Shown: piece after piece, positions 49,801-62,949 of the stretch | How the letters are laid out: each line of letters begins with the position of its first letter | How positions within the stretch are numbered: the first letter of the stretch is position 1 | Source of the DNA: Psammoneis japonica | Lineage: Eukaryota | NCBI GenBank assembly: GCA_008632985.1 | Contig: QPGO01000048.1 | Location: 124,001 to 188,000, forward strand | Length of the DNA: 64,000 nt | Reading direction: 5' to 3' | The notes under the pieces: generated by a model | Seen by the model: only the letters and a program-made list of their open reading frames with translations | Database searches by the model: none | Told to the model about the DNA's origin: nothing | Position numbers and translations under genes: made by a program

Positions 49801-52800
49801 GCCTCACTTTGTTGTTTCTACACTGCACACCAAACAATCCTCCCTTTGTCCCACCCCAGCTCCCTGTTGTCCTTTGCAGTTCCCACATGACAGGTGTGAT
49901 GTTTTGGTCCTTGCATCCTCCCTTGCAACCGCTCTTGCTCTCTCTGCGATTGTCCACACCAGGCAACGATGCTGTCCTCCAATGATCAATCTCATGTTCC
50001 TTCCATTTGGTTGGCCAAAGCATTGCCTGCAACTGGAGAAAACTTTGTGCCAATGATCAGTTTTTGTGCATGTCTTTTGTTTCTTACAATCTTGTTTCAC
50101 ATGCTGCTTCTGCTCACCTTTGTGCCCTTCCCTGTTGCCCATCTTCCATTGCAGCTCAGGTTGCATGCCCAGATGTCTGTGTGCAAAGATGTGCACAAGT
50201 GTCAGTCATTTGCACAGCGCACCTGATGTAAGTGCATTCGCCACTTCTTTTTCTCACCTTGTCTCTTGTGTCCTGCATTTTGTTCCATCTCATCTGCAAT
50301 GCTGTTGCCTGTCCCCACTGCTCTCATTGTCAGATGTTGGATGTGACTTGAGCATGCATTTTTTGTGTCTTGAGGGAGCAACAATTTGTGTTTTTGGCCA
50401 AAATGCAAGCCTGATTGTCAGTTGATTCCCGTTGGCATTGCTTTTTCAGCAACAATTTTGTTTTGAAAATCAATGATTTTGTTGCAATGCAATGGCTTGA
50501 ATGATTTGAAATGACCCCAATGAATCATTTGGTCATCAATGTCACACACACACATTCAACAAGTTTGATTTTGTCACACTGATGTGTTCTTGCAGCACCT
50601 TGTGACCAATGGCAAGAGTCAATGAACAAAATTGGTGACATTGAAGCCCAATGGTGGGATTTGTCCAGAACTTGTTGTGCACAGGCAGCTCTCTCTGCAA
50701 GGCTCCAAGAGCCAGAAATCATTGCTGCAATGATGAGAATGGGACCAGTGCTGTCGATGGCTGATTGTGACTGGGAGCTGCATGCCATGACCTCAAGCAC
50801 ACACAACATGCCATGACAGTTTGACCTGGCAAACCCTGGCATGCCAAGAAAACACATGCATTGGTGTCTGTTTCTTCACTGCAATGTCCAGTCTAGTTTG
50901 CCCATCATTGTTGTTGAACAATGCAGTTGTTGAAATGGGAGAAAGCAACCAAGAAAGACAAACAATGCCTCAAAAATCCTTGCACTGGCCACAATGAGTG
51001 CAGCTGTCATGTGAAACAGCAGGATGATGAAAACACTTGCAACAACCCCCTCGCTGTTGCACCATGCCCTGTGAGCATCACTTGCACACAAGAGAAGTCT
51101 AAGACGTCCACAAAAACAGTTGAAGTCACCTGTGTCCTTTGCAAACTCAATCATGCTTTGTCCAGTTGCTCCCCAAAAGGTGGCATCCAAATCTGGCTTC
51201 CAAAAAGACATTCCAGACCCACAATTGTCTGCTCAACATCCATGAGCATCACTCACATTGTCGACAAGATGAATGTGTCACACCGAGGGTGCACATTTTG
51301 TCCATGCTTTTTTCTTTTTTGCTCACAATTGCAGATCTCAACCACCCGAAACTGGGCCCCACCCTTCTTCCAAACCAAAACAAGACTGCACCTGTGTGGT
51401 GCCACACTCCATGAACAATGCATTGAGTGACCTTTGCATCATTTTGAAGAGCTGTGGCAACAAGCAATTTGTTCACACTGAAGATCTGTGGACGTGATCA
51501 GCAAGCATGTGAAAATTTCAATCATTGGCAAGCTGCGCTCTTGTCAAGCACAAAAACATGTCACAGATGGTTGTCAACAAGTGGTGTCAAAGAAGGGCAG
51601 AGGACATTCAAGGGGGCAACAGACGTGGTCATGAGGGCAATTGCATTGGGAGGCTCGAGAGGGGTCATGGAAGGAAGGGCACCAGACACGGTCACAGGGG
51701 CAGAAGCAGTGGGAGGCTCAAAAGTGGTCATGAAAGAAAGGGCAATGAAGGAAGGGGTGGGAAGTGCTGGGACAGCAATCGTGTCAAAAGACTCCTGGCA
51801 CAAAGGGTGCAGAAAAGCACGGGGAAGGCGGAAGGCACAAACGAAGGAGGGTGGGTGGGAACTGAAGGCGATGAAGATGACAGCAGCAGCAGCAGCAGCA
51901 GCAAGAGAAAGGGGCTGCAAAAAGAAAAAAGGCCAAGGTGGTGGGTTGGGAAACCACTTTGGGAGGTGCAGCACAGTGCCACTGCACCGGTGAGGAGATG
52001 CTGCTGCCATCACAGTCACCACCGCCAATCGCTTGAAGTTCATCTTTCGCTGCTCAGTGCACTGCCATCATTTGTGCAGACAATTTTGGTGGGACTTTCA
52101 TGACAATCAGCTCTGTGTTTTGGTTTTTGATTTTTGCTCTTTTGTTTGTTGACAAGAAGCAGCAACTCTCTGAGCAACTGAAAACTGGTGCAGGTGTTCT
52201 TCACATCTGCAACGGTTTTTTTTCTCTTTCCTTGTTGTGTCATTTCGTGTCAGACGTGAGTGGCTGGTTCTTCTTTCCATCCCAGAGATGTGTTTCCACA
52301 TCACATGGCACAACACATCATTTGGCTTGGCATCTCTGCCAAACACTGGTTGCATGGAACTTGCATGTGCACAGCACCGTGAGGCTGTCGTGGCAAAGGG
52401 GTTGTCTGTGAGCACTCTCCACTCTCTTTTTTTGAGTTGCTGCTCTTTGTGCTGAGGCTGAGGGGATGGGACAGCCTTTCTTTTCATTGGATATGGAAGT
52501 GCAGTGCACAGTGCTGAGAGGACCTGCTGGCAAGCAGTGATTGGTGTCCTCCACATCTCACACCACTGCTTTCCTGACTGCCAGGGCGACATGTCCCAGA
52601 AGGGCTTCGGAGTGGTCTGCGTTGCTGCAGAAATTAGACCTAATTTGTTTCTTCGGGGGATCACGATGCGATGAAGTAAGAGTTGTCGCGTTTCAACACG
52701 TGCCTCCCTAGTGATCAACAACTTATCTTGGCTTGAAACACAGTGCGTAGGAAAACGACAATTAACAATGCTAGTTTACCGTCATCAATGTTATGCGCGT

Positions 52801-52947
52801 ACTTTGCTAGGTTTCAGCCTTCCGAGGGATATTCATAGCCGTTGTTGCGTTCAAATTTCTCCTTTCATCACTAGTAGTTCTTTCGTACCTTAGCCCTGAA
52901 GAGTTTAGGTCGCAACTTCTGTCAAATCCAGAGACACGACGGAGGCC

Positions 52948-53529
52948 TTACCAGCCATCGTCGGCTTCCTCGGCGATTCGCTTCTTCTCTTCCTCCGTCA
53001 TTTCAAACTCTTCTTCATCTGTGCCACCCGACTCCTTTAGTGCTTGCTCGAGTTGACTAGTGAGGGAGCCCAAGTCCTGGACTGAGCTCACTTCAACATC
53101 CTCCATGAGCTGACCAGCGATGCGCGTGCTCATATTATCGGACAGACCACCTCCACGGGCTTTTGCCCGCTCGCCTTGTGCTTCCGTGAATGCAACGAGC
53201 CCGATACCTACTGCCAGACCAGCCACAGCAATGCCGGCACCCATAATGACGTTTTCTGGTATCCGAAACAGCATCGGCATTAAAAAAACGTGAGAAGTCG
53301 GGAACTAAACGAAACGTTCCGGGGAAATGTTGCACTTACGATCTAGCATAGATAGTGCGGTGCGACTACCCGAAGACGTCCTCGGATGCTTCGATATTTT
53401 CTTCTGAGACGTCACCAAGACACCTTCAGAGACAGGAAACATCTTGTTTCCCGAAGACGGGACAAACGCGAAACTAGACACAGGTGACACGCACAGGGCA
53501 AGCGCAGCTGCAGATGTCAGACACTTCAT
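52948..53529 (-). CDS. Small plastid-targeted single-TM hypothetical protein; intron 53256-53339
   Basis: Signal peptide MKCLTSAAALALCVSPVSS-FAF, transit-like region, TM GAGIAVAGLAVGIGLVAF, acidic C-terminus; the intron keeps the frame (LDQNVIMG). Confidence 0.75.
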
Positions 53530-53904
53530 CTTGACTTTAAGGGTACGGTTTGGGAGAACGATAGTTCGGCAATTGCTCGGCAATGTCGAAGAGAACCTGA
53601 AAAATAGTGCGTCGCCGAGCTGTTGTCTTGAATGTGTTTACTGTTAAGAGCCGGAGGTGACAGCAACGTCCAATGTGATGAGTGTGCATGATGAAGAGGA
53701 AAAACACGCCATCGTGATGCGTTGCCGCAGATCTTTTCTGTCAGTAGGTGGTGTACCAATTCATACATACGTATCCAATACGTACCAATCGTATAGCAGA
53801 TACGGATATTCGTTTTTATTAGACTCCTAATATTCCGAATGCAAGTCGACTGAGTCAGTCATCGCTCGGCTCTTTCATTCAAATCTATCATGGGCCTCGC
53901 CTTA

Positions 53905-54310
53905 ACGTGTAGCACTACTACACTCTAGTAGTAGAGGGCCCACCGGTACGTACTGTACCTTTGCGTCAGCCAGTGTCAGTCTCAAGTCTGGCGGCCGTGA
54001 GATTATCAGTGGTGCTACTCTCTCTAGAGAGTAGCTACTCTCTAGAGTAGAGAGTACCTGGTGCAGAAGAGAGTAGAGTAGAGAGAGTAGAGCTAGACTG
54101 CCATGTCACACCTGGTGCTCCGCAACTCTCTGAGAGTAGAGGACTCTACGACTAGAGAGAGTAGCCCCCAACTTCAGAGTAGTTCCTAGCTCTACTTTTC
54201 TCTAGCCACACGTAGACTAGTAGAGATAAGCGATAGAGATTTAACAGAGAGAGCCTCGGCATGCTCTCTAGAAGTAGGAGTACGTAGTAGAGTGAGTCTA
54301 CGGTGCTACG
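53905..54310. repeat. TAG/CTA/AGAG-rich tract
   Basis: gctactctctctagagagtagctactctctagagtagagagtac and similar words. Confidence 0.8.
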
Positions 54311-54468
54311 ATGCAACAGGGAGAGAGGTGGCCATTGAGTTGATCGCTCAGCACAGTCCAACACGTTCTTGGTTCAGTGCGTCATTCAGAAATGTAACTT
54401 CATTTCATTTCATTTCATTTCAACTTTCTGGCTTTCTCAGTGACTGGGGACTGAATCTACCGTTTTCC

Positions 54469-55965
54469 TCAGGCAGACGCAGCCGCCCCTGACTGGGTGG
54501 CTTTCATTTCGATTTGGTCTCGCGTGAGTACAACAGCAGTTCCAGAATATACCTTTAATCGTTTCGCGGATCCACCGGTGTAAGAAGTTCCGTTCCTTTT
54601 TTCATTGTGAACATTTCGTGTCCCAGCTGCTACAAATTTAACTCGTTTAGCAGCTTCCACAATTCCCTTAACGTCGACGTGCTCATCAAAAATTCTAAAG
54701 AATTCGTCTATGTGTTCCGCAGCTGAGTCTCCGGAAATTGCAGGAGCCGAAGGAATAAAGCCAAACGGTCTCTTGCTGTGATCAAACTTGTCAAAATAGA
54801 GAGAGACTTCTTTCTTGCAATTCTCTAGGGAGTAAAATCCTTCCAATGACAGCTTGTTGAAGATAGCCCCGATTACGGGGACATTACGGGCTTCAAAGTA
54901 GGTTGCGTTCAAATTGAAAGCATCAACCGCGGCTCCTACTCCGCTCCCCCCTACCAGCAGCACTCCAGGCGGTTTTCTAGATTCACCCATTGGATAGCCA
55001 ACGGCTCGAGCAACACTCGCATTGTCCGTTCCACAAATGCTGCCTACTGCGGGGAAGCCAACGCCGTCTATTAATACTACGCGCTTGTCACGAGCAACCT
55101 CATCGACAGCATCCCCAGCTTTGAGAAGCAGTTCCTCTGAATTTTCCGTTTCGCCTGCAAGAAAAGCACGGGTGAAACCTTTAAAATAAACAATGGGACC
55201 CACAGGCACACATTGAATTCCAGAATTCTTGCAGAATGTTTCTATAAGCTGAGGAGCTTCGCACTGAGTTGCCGGTTTAATGTATGCGAGTTCCGAAGGC
55301 GAATATCCTGCAGCAATCAAGCATCCAAGCAGCCCCAGACAAATGCTGGATTTTCCAACACCTGATCTGTCTCCCGCAATGAACAGGCGAATGGCGCCAG
55401 TGGAATCAATCAGCTTGGTACCTGTATGGGTGTTCTTTGTCTTTCCCTCATCTCCAATCATTGACTCAAAGGTGGCTTGGATGGCGTCCGAGGTGTGATC
55501 TAAATCTTTCGACTGGTATTTATCGCTCTGAATGAGAGTAAGGAGTTTCCCTGTCTGTAGTTGAGGTACAAACTTTACATCTGCATGTCTCATGTCGGTT
55601 GAATGCACTACTACAGCAATCGCTGGGAGTTCGGATGGAGGGCACGGTCCAAGACATTTGTCTGAATCGCCGTCGTCTCCAATACAGAGCTGAAGGGATT
55701 CCTCAGACTCATCAACTTGCATGATACCAACTACCCATCTGATCTTTTCGCGATGATGAAGCGGTGCAAGTCTCTCCAACGTTGACGATAATGCCTCATC
55801 GTTGCCATCAAAGGTGAGACCGTTTATCACGTTCCAAGAACCATAAAGGAAAACAATCCCCGCGGTCGTTTCGTCACTGACGCTTCCACTCGACTGGTTC
55901 ACATAATCATGTAGCTTGCAAATGTGCTCAGCGGATAGCCGACCTAATTTAAGGACGTTCGACAT
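54469..55965 (-). CDS. BioD/CobQ-like P-loop (AAA_26) protein with an N-terminal extension
   Basis: RLFIAGDRSGVGKSSICLGLL, AYIKPATQ, VLIDGVG, GAIFNK. Confidence 0.7.
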   Translation of the reverse strand: MSNVLKLGRLSAEHICKLHDYVNQSSGSVSDETTAGIVFLYGSWNVINGLTFDGNDEALSSTLERLAPLHHREKIRWVVGIMQVDESEESLQLCIGDDGDSDKCLGPCPPSELPAIAVVVHSTDMRHADVKFVPQLQTGKLLTLIQSDKYQSKDLDHTSDAIQATFESMIGDEGKTKNTHTGTKLIDSTGAIRLFIAGDRSGVGKSSICLGLLGCLIAAGYSPSELAYIKPATQCEAPQLIETFCKNSGIQCVPVGPIVYFKGFTRAFLAGETENSEELLLKAGDAVDEVARDKRVVLIDGVGFPAVGSICGTDNASVARAVGYPMGESRKPPGVLLVGGSGVGAAVDAFNLNATYFEARNVPVIGAIFNKLSLEGFYSLENCKKEVSLYFDKFDHSKRPFGFIPSAPAISGDSAAEHIDEFFRIFDEHVDVKGIVEAAKRVKFVAAGTRNVHNEKRNGTSYTGGSAKRLKVYSGTAVVLTRDQIEMKATQSGAAASA

Positions 55966-56309
55966 CCTTTACGTACAGTTGACAGTATTGTAGGGTAGCA
56001 TATCATACGGTAGCACACGACGACATCGCACATCGCCTTTTGACTTTATTTGACGTTGCGACAAATTGCTAAACACTTGGCAAAAACGCGCGTAAAGGAG
56101 CTTCATCGCGCAACGAATGCAAAGTTTCCATTCGTTGCTCGTTTGTACCAGGATTTTGTTCTCCCTCCCGCGCTCCGCTTCTCCCACTGACTGCGTCACC
56201 ATCGGCATTTTGCGACGATGGCGCCACCCTTTGCCATGATCTGATACAATACGACACATGAAATGGAGAATAGCAAGATGAAAATTAGAACAAGCCGGCC
56301 GTGGAGAAA

Positions 56310-58000
56310 ATGTCTTTGCGCTACCGACTCCACCCTCCCGTGTACGGTAGGAAGCTGAAAGCGCAAAAACGTCTGGATTCTGGTGGTGATGATGTAGACG
56401 ACGAATTGGTTGGCGGTGGACCTACGCAGCGTGCTATTCAGCAAGGCTTGATAAATCACGTTCGAGATTCTTGGAGATTGTTGCTCCCGGCGCGTCTCAG
56501 AATCACAGTTCCTGCGGAAGCGTCTTTGCCTCCTTCAAGGAGGTCTTTTCGGACTGTAAGGTTGCCCTCCTCCGCAGCCGAACTATACCCCCACGATGTG
56601 ATCGAGATGCCTACTCGCAGCTGATTTATTCTGCGTGTCTTTCAATGTTGAAAGACTCTTTCGACGAGAATGGTTGCTTTCAACTTTGGCATGCTGCATT
56701 CGCACTCAATGTACGCTCTGTACGAGACAAATCCTTTGTGGAAAGACCCTGACGACGAGCGAAGTAAATCGGAAATGTTACCATTGGGACTTCAGGCAGA
56801 AAACCCAAGGTCTCTTTTCTGTCGTTCCTTCAAGACACCGATACGCATAGACCGCCAATTGTTACTGCAGCGACTGCGAGACGAAGCCTTAGCACTTAGC
56901 ACGACAGGCTGATTGTCGGGCGGATTCTTTTGAGAGAAGAGAGCACCATATGCATGCATGTTTTGGACAGGTTGTTTGCTTCCGATTCGTTCGATTTTAC
57001 TGAATGCACAGGCCCTTGCGGTTTGGAAGGATTGGCAGGCCACGAAGACTGCCCTTCTCGGTGTAGGCCCTACTCGTCCAAAGACAAATAAATCAAAGGA
57101 ATATCTCGCTTCTTCAAAGGATGACGTGATGACTGATGCTGAGTTGGATGTTGTAGGTCTTTCGGAGGTAGAATCTTCATGTAATGCCCTGTCCACCTTC
57201 GGGGAGACGTATTGGTCCTAGGGCCCTACCTAGATTCTATTCGGTCACCTCCAATCAGAAAGAAAATGCCGAAAAGTTCAAGTCAGATACAGAGTACCCT
57301 ACAAAATCTAGGCCCTATGGCAAAGAAAGCCGACACTCCCGAACGTCCTGGAGTAAAATCTCGGGCAGCTCACCCATTGCTGTAAGACACGATGCTCCTG
57401 GATTTGTTGACAGGCAAGCACCTCTAGAGCACCTGATGCGTTGTCAACACGAGGAGGCGATGAAAATGTTGCACATGTAAGCACGATCGGAGAAACAGGG
57501 GATGGTGCGTTGACGTACCGGGTGATCCTGCCTCATGATTTGCCCGTGGTCGAGCAGAATGGAGAAAAAAATGTTCTAGGGAGGAGGATGGAACGCGAAG
57601 GCGCATCTTTATTGTTGGCACAGGTTGATGAACATCATCGAAGTGTAAATGTGACGATTTCCCCAATGGTCGTTGGACAATCACACCCATCTTCATCCAT
57701 TTTGTCAATGATGATGGACCTCCGTCGGACAAGGCGCTCCGTCGGTGACAAGCAGAATGGCTACCGGCATGGGACAGGTGGTGCTGCGTAAGCTGCTCCT
57801 GACTGTCAATAATGCCTCACGGACTACCGAGCAAGTTGCAGCTTCATCGCACCAGAGAAAGCGGGTCGATGAGGCTCGTCGCTCTTTTTAACAATGGAAA
57901 GCTCACCCGAGGCAGAGAACAAGGTTGACGGCTATTTGTCTGAGGTTTCAGAACTTTCTTCGGGCGACGATGTATCTGTAGCCGCCACCTTTGCACACTT
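56310..58000 (+). pseudogene. Disrupted gene, possibly SNAPC1/SNAP43-like
   Basis: Coding-like fragments in shifting frames (FASFKEVF, LWHAAFAL, YALYETNP, PIRID) with several frameshifts and stops. Confidence 0.4.
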
Positions 58001-58506
58001 TGTCAACTCTTGGCGACGGTGAGTGGTGACCCTGCTTCCGGCATCCTTCCCAGAGAAAAGAAGAGGAATCACAGCCGAACGAAATCTCAATCTCGACTCG
58101 AAAAGGGGAAGTCACGACGAAAAAAGCCCACTCAAAACAGATCAAACCTTTGGGGTGAAGACTCTTTTGCTAGCAATTCAAAAGGCACTGAAAAGGCTGC
58201 ATGAGATGGTCTTTTATCCCGAGTAACCGGTGGCGGAGTAGTTGCTCGCGATGCTTCTTCCGATGATGATGTATGAACGGGTGATACTGTATGAAGTAGT
58301 ACTGCTGTTATTTTCAAGTTTGGTTTGTTTTTAGAGAAAGGGAGAGGACTTGCTGGTGCTTCTACTTTCGTGTTTCTTGGCAGGACAACTGGTTCAGCTG
58401 ATCTTTGGTCAATTGGATTGATAGATTGAGCGGACTTACTCAACCATTGGTCGATTGGTCGGTCCGTCATGCGCACCGACAACCAAGAAAGCAGAAGGCA
58501 GAAGCA

Positions 58507-60863
58507 ATGGCGGCGGCTGATGCAAACACATCGCTTTCACTTGTCAATGGTACCCGAGACCGTGGACGACGGAGACGATGGTGTCGCCGTGGCACAAGAA
58601 GATGAAATGAGTGTGGAGCAAGAACTGCAAGTGGTCACAGCTCCGCCTCTGCATGTTCGTCCCGCCTATTTGCGCCAAACACGCAAGCGAGGCAAGGTCT
58701 TCAAATCTATGACGGAGCGATATATTCGCGATGATTTGTTCTTCGGGTGTTACTTCGTGGACGACAGTGATCCCAAAAGGCGTGCAAAAGAAGCTGTTGT
58801 GGGACGTCCTCTTGCCCTATGATACGTCGTCCCTACCGTAGTTGTCGGTGATACCAACGTGCTACTACACAACTTGGACGTGCTTGAACAAGGAGGCGAT
58901 GGCATGCCGAATATATTCATTCCCCATACTTCCCTCATGTAATGCAGATCGAACCAGCGTACGGCCTATAATCGAAAAGTGGAGTTACTTCGATCCGTGG
59001 GAGGCCAGCGATTGGTCATTTTCTTTGCCGACCAACACAATGTGGAGACTGCTCACGTTGAGAAACAAGCCCGTGCTGAGCAGAAAGGCACTGAGACCGT
59101 CAATGGCATCAGTGATGCCCGTATCACAAATGTGGCGTCTCTTGATGGCAACCGACTACGAGGAACAAATGCAAAGCTGGTTCTTTTAGCTGACGACGCG
59201 GAATCACGAGAAAGAGCCATGCGGTGTACGAAGCCAGACCGGGTTCGGAGTTGGGTAGAGGAAGATCCTAAACTGTCCTTATCTGATTTAGTGGCGCAAT
59301 TTGGAGGAACATCTCTGCATTTGGATGGGGGTGCCTAGTCTCAGGAACAGTACTTTCCATCGCAATCAGACGCCAAGGACTTGTCTTTGGGCGTACAGTC
59401 TGGGTTGCATTATCGTGGTGTACTGCATTCATCCAGCTTAACGGAAGCGTGGATGACGAATTGGCGAGGAGACGAACGAGTTGCTGTATCGATAGTTGGT
59501 TCAGATAATCGAAATCGTGCAGCGGACGGAGATGTTGTAGCGATTGCTCTGAACCTCTTGTCTGAATGGACGTCAGCAACGACGCGAGACTCCGGTGGGA
59601 TTACCAAGGATGATTCTGAAGGTATCGCGAGCGATACGGCGGAGCGAACGCATGCTGAAACGAATAACATTCCGTCTACGTTGTCATTGGATGAAGCTTC
59701 AGCAAAGTCATTTCGATCAACGGGCAAGCTGGTTGGCATCTTCCGTCGAAACTTCCTGAACTATTGTGGCTCAGTCTACCAAAAATCATCGTCGTCGACG
59801 TCATTGAGGATCGAGACGCCCTTGCATCCAAGTACGAAGTCGAGCATGCGGATGGGAGTACGACATGTGTGTTTTATGCAGTTGATAGCAAGATACCTCC
59901 TGTGCTTTTGCGTACGACCCAGAGCCAACGACTTCTCGGACAGAGAGTCTTTGTTTCTATCGATTCATGGCCAGCCAGTTCGCCATACCCTCTGGGACAC
60001 TATGTAAGGTCGTTTGGAAAAGCCGGAACAAAGGATGTGGAAACATATGGTTTGCTCCAACAGAACAAGATTCCTCACGAGCCATTCCCTGCCGAAGTGT
60101 GTCAGGTGTTTAGAATGGTTAGGCGTCTTCTCGTCAAAATGAAAAATCGCGAAAGCTAACATGTGTCTCCTTTTATTCCTTGTCAGGTTCTTGCATGTCT
60201 TCCTACCCCTGACTACAAAATTGATGCTGACAGCAGCTCTGGTCGACAAGATTTGCGTCACATCCAAGCAGGAGCTGTGAAACGCCTTGCATCTCTTGCA
60301 CGGAAGTTTCGCAGCCGATGAATCGAGAAGCAGGCGCCCTAACACTGGCGTCGCCCGAAGTGAAATTCGTTTTAGACAGTGAATCGCTCAATCCAACCGA
60401 TATTCAAGCATACACGTTGCTTGAAGCGCATGTACTGGTGGAGGAATTTGTGCCTCTTGCAAACGTTACAGCATAAAAAGATTCTTCGGCAAAGAGTCGA
60501 GTATTCAAGATTGACATCTAAGATTCCGCGCCTTGCAGATTCGCTTGATGCTGCCCAAATGGTGTCAGACCCCTTCTTCAATTGCCTGCTTCGAATATTG
60601 TCAACTCGGTGCATGCACCTGCGCAATATTTCTGCCCTGGCGAGTATAAACCCATGGACTGGCACCATTATGGACTTGCGGCTCCTGTTTGTACACACTT
60701 CACGTCCCCCATTCGATGCTCTGCAGATGTTTGCGTGCACAGCTTGCTTGCAGCTGCAATCGGGGTGGCTCCATTACCTGTTCATCTTTCATCAAAAGGA
60801 CATCTTCATGATCTGGTGGCTAACATGAACCGAAGACATCGTACTGCTCAGTCGGCTGGGTGA
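58507..60863 (+). pseudogene. DIS3: DIS3/RRP44 exosome nuclease pseudogene with frameshifts, stops and internal deletions
   Basis: [88 protein letters not shown]. The catalytic DPxxxxDxDD stretch is not seen. Confidence 0.85.
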
Positions 60864-62949
60864 GCAAGTGTGCAGCTTTCCGTCCCAGCTCCATGATGCA
60901 CGTGAAAAATAACGTTTTAACAATACCACTCGATCGACTGACAATATACAGATACGAAGTTCATGACCCTTTTGGGGGCCTAGAATGGGGGTGAACGCTA
61001 GTTACTAACCAATCACTGAAAATCGTCCCTCGTACTTGCCCGTGTAATAAAGGTGCTCCACGAAAAGTTGGTTCTATTTTGAAATACCAGATACCATGAA
61101 CAATACATACCTGTTACATTCTCGCAAGACATCGGTTTAATGAGGATGAGACCGATAATGCTCATATCTTGTGTATTTTGTTGCTCTAGCAGGGGTCAAA
61201 GTCTAGCTAAAACTTCCAAAAAAATCGAGTCGAGTGGGTCATACGGGATTCAAGACACGTGACTCGCTGTACGATGAAGTGAAATTGACCCGTTCTCGAC
61301 ACCGAGATTAGATGATAACATCATCACAAACCGATTTTATGGCAATGTTCTACTTTCTAATTTGTCTTTGACCTCGTGACAACTATATCTGACCTCTTTC
61401 ATGCTGTAAATGGGTGAAGCAATCCACGAATACTCATTCACAAGCCACACTTTTCTATTTTCAGATTTGACATTTGTGTCTTTGCGATCAATCTAGAGTA
61501 TATACAAGCCAGGGAGGAGCTCTATTCACTATTATTTATCATTCTATAGAAGAACAGCATCAGAATATTTTGTCAACCATGTTTGACTGCTTTTTTCTTG
61601 AACCGTACGCCAACTTCATTCTTCATTTTCACTCTCATCCGCCCGATTCTCTCCCATTCAAGAATACTTGGCTGAATGCATTACAGTTGCTTTATCAAAG
61701 TCTTCAAAAATAATCGTCTGGTCAATACCATTAGTCAAATGGGTTTGACGATGTGACGACGACGTTATATTCGTCGATGTGCTCATGCTAGGAAAGACAA
61801 CAAGAATTGGCTGCATCCGCAAGAAAGTTGAGTGAGACAACAAGTGGTGAGCCTTGGATACATTGATAGCACCATTTTGATTTTCAATTTAATTTCCTTT
61901 TTAAAAACTCGGACTTTAACTCAGTGGGTGCCGAATATCCGGCAAATGGTGAGTTGATGCGTCGTCTGCATGCAACATGGCGTCACGAACGGGTGCAACG
62001 GTATGTTTGCATAAAACTCGACTCTCCGCCGTTCTCTGATGGTCCCTTTACAACCCCAAACGAAAGATAGTGTAATAAACCTGCTGTAGTAATGGGACTA
62101 AAAACGACGATTGTTTAGACACCTTATCTACCGCGTCAATGTCATCGTCGGATCCGGCGGTTTTTTGACAAGTTCTCCGTGTTGTCACCGCGGTGATGGT
62201 CTGTACGATCATCCGGAGCGCGCCTGCCATGCCAGTTTGAAGTTACTTAAGGCCTGGGTCTCATAGCAGCTACACACCCTCATTTTCTTTTCATAAGAAG
62301 CTGGCAAGGAGGGGGTTGCATGCGTGCTGGATGTCGATACCTCTGTAGTTAGCGAGCCATCCTTCACTGTAATGGTTCCGCGATATGGCATTGGAGGAGG
62401 GGTGTCCCTTGCTGGCATGTCTGCAGATGACTAATGTCTACTCGCGAGCCAGAGAAGCACCCCATTGTCTATGCTAGTGCGGCGCAAAGTATTCGCTCCA
62501 GATCTTCGACAAAGTCGCTTGTGGGTGCGTGAGTTGCACGAGCATCAAAAGGAGCTTGTGATTGATCATTTGTCCACGTCCTTTCGACCAGGATCCACGA
62601 CAATTGAAAGAATTAGTGACTCTGCGAGGGACCGCCAGTCAAGAAACACAGTTGATAAAACCAGGCTGTTTTGAAACCGCTGCGATTCGATTTGTCAGAA
62701 GTAGGAGTGGCGCGTTGCAACACATGCCTATCGTACTTCTACCACAACGGAAGTCTACGGAACAAGACTAATTGTTGAAAACGGAAAAAGCGAACGGCGT
62801 CTGCGTTACACACATGCTTTTACGGTGCATTTCTGCCACATTGTACCTTCTAGAATCCTGTGGGATAGCCACACTCATAGACACCAGGACAAATCTAAGG
62901 AGTGCCGGGCAGTTCCCCACGATGTGTGACGTGCTCCTTCTATGCTAAC

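Larger units (their letters stand above)
42900..52620. mobile_element. Second TpA/CpG-depleted degenerate TE block
   Basis: Same compositional signature as 10590-22880; contains a copia remnant and local repeats. Confidence 0.75.

Noticed and set aside
24811..55965. Eight consecutive host genes on the minus strand as an operon-like cluster
   Set aside because: The functions are unrelated and each gene has its own spacer; compatible with chance
61000..62900. Short ORFs after the DIS3 pseudogene
   Set aside because: No recognisable motifs or consistent exon structure
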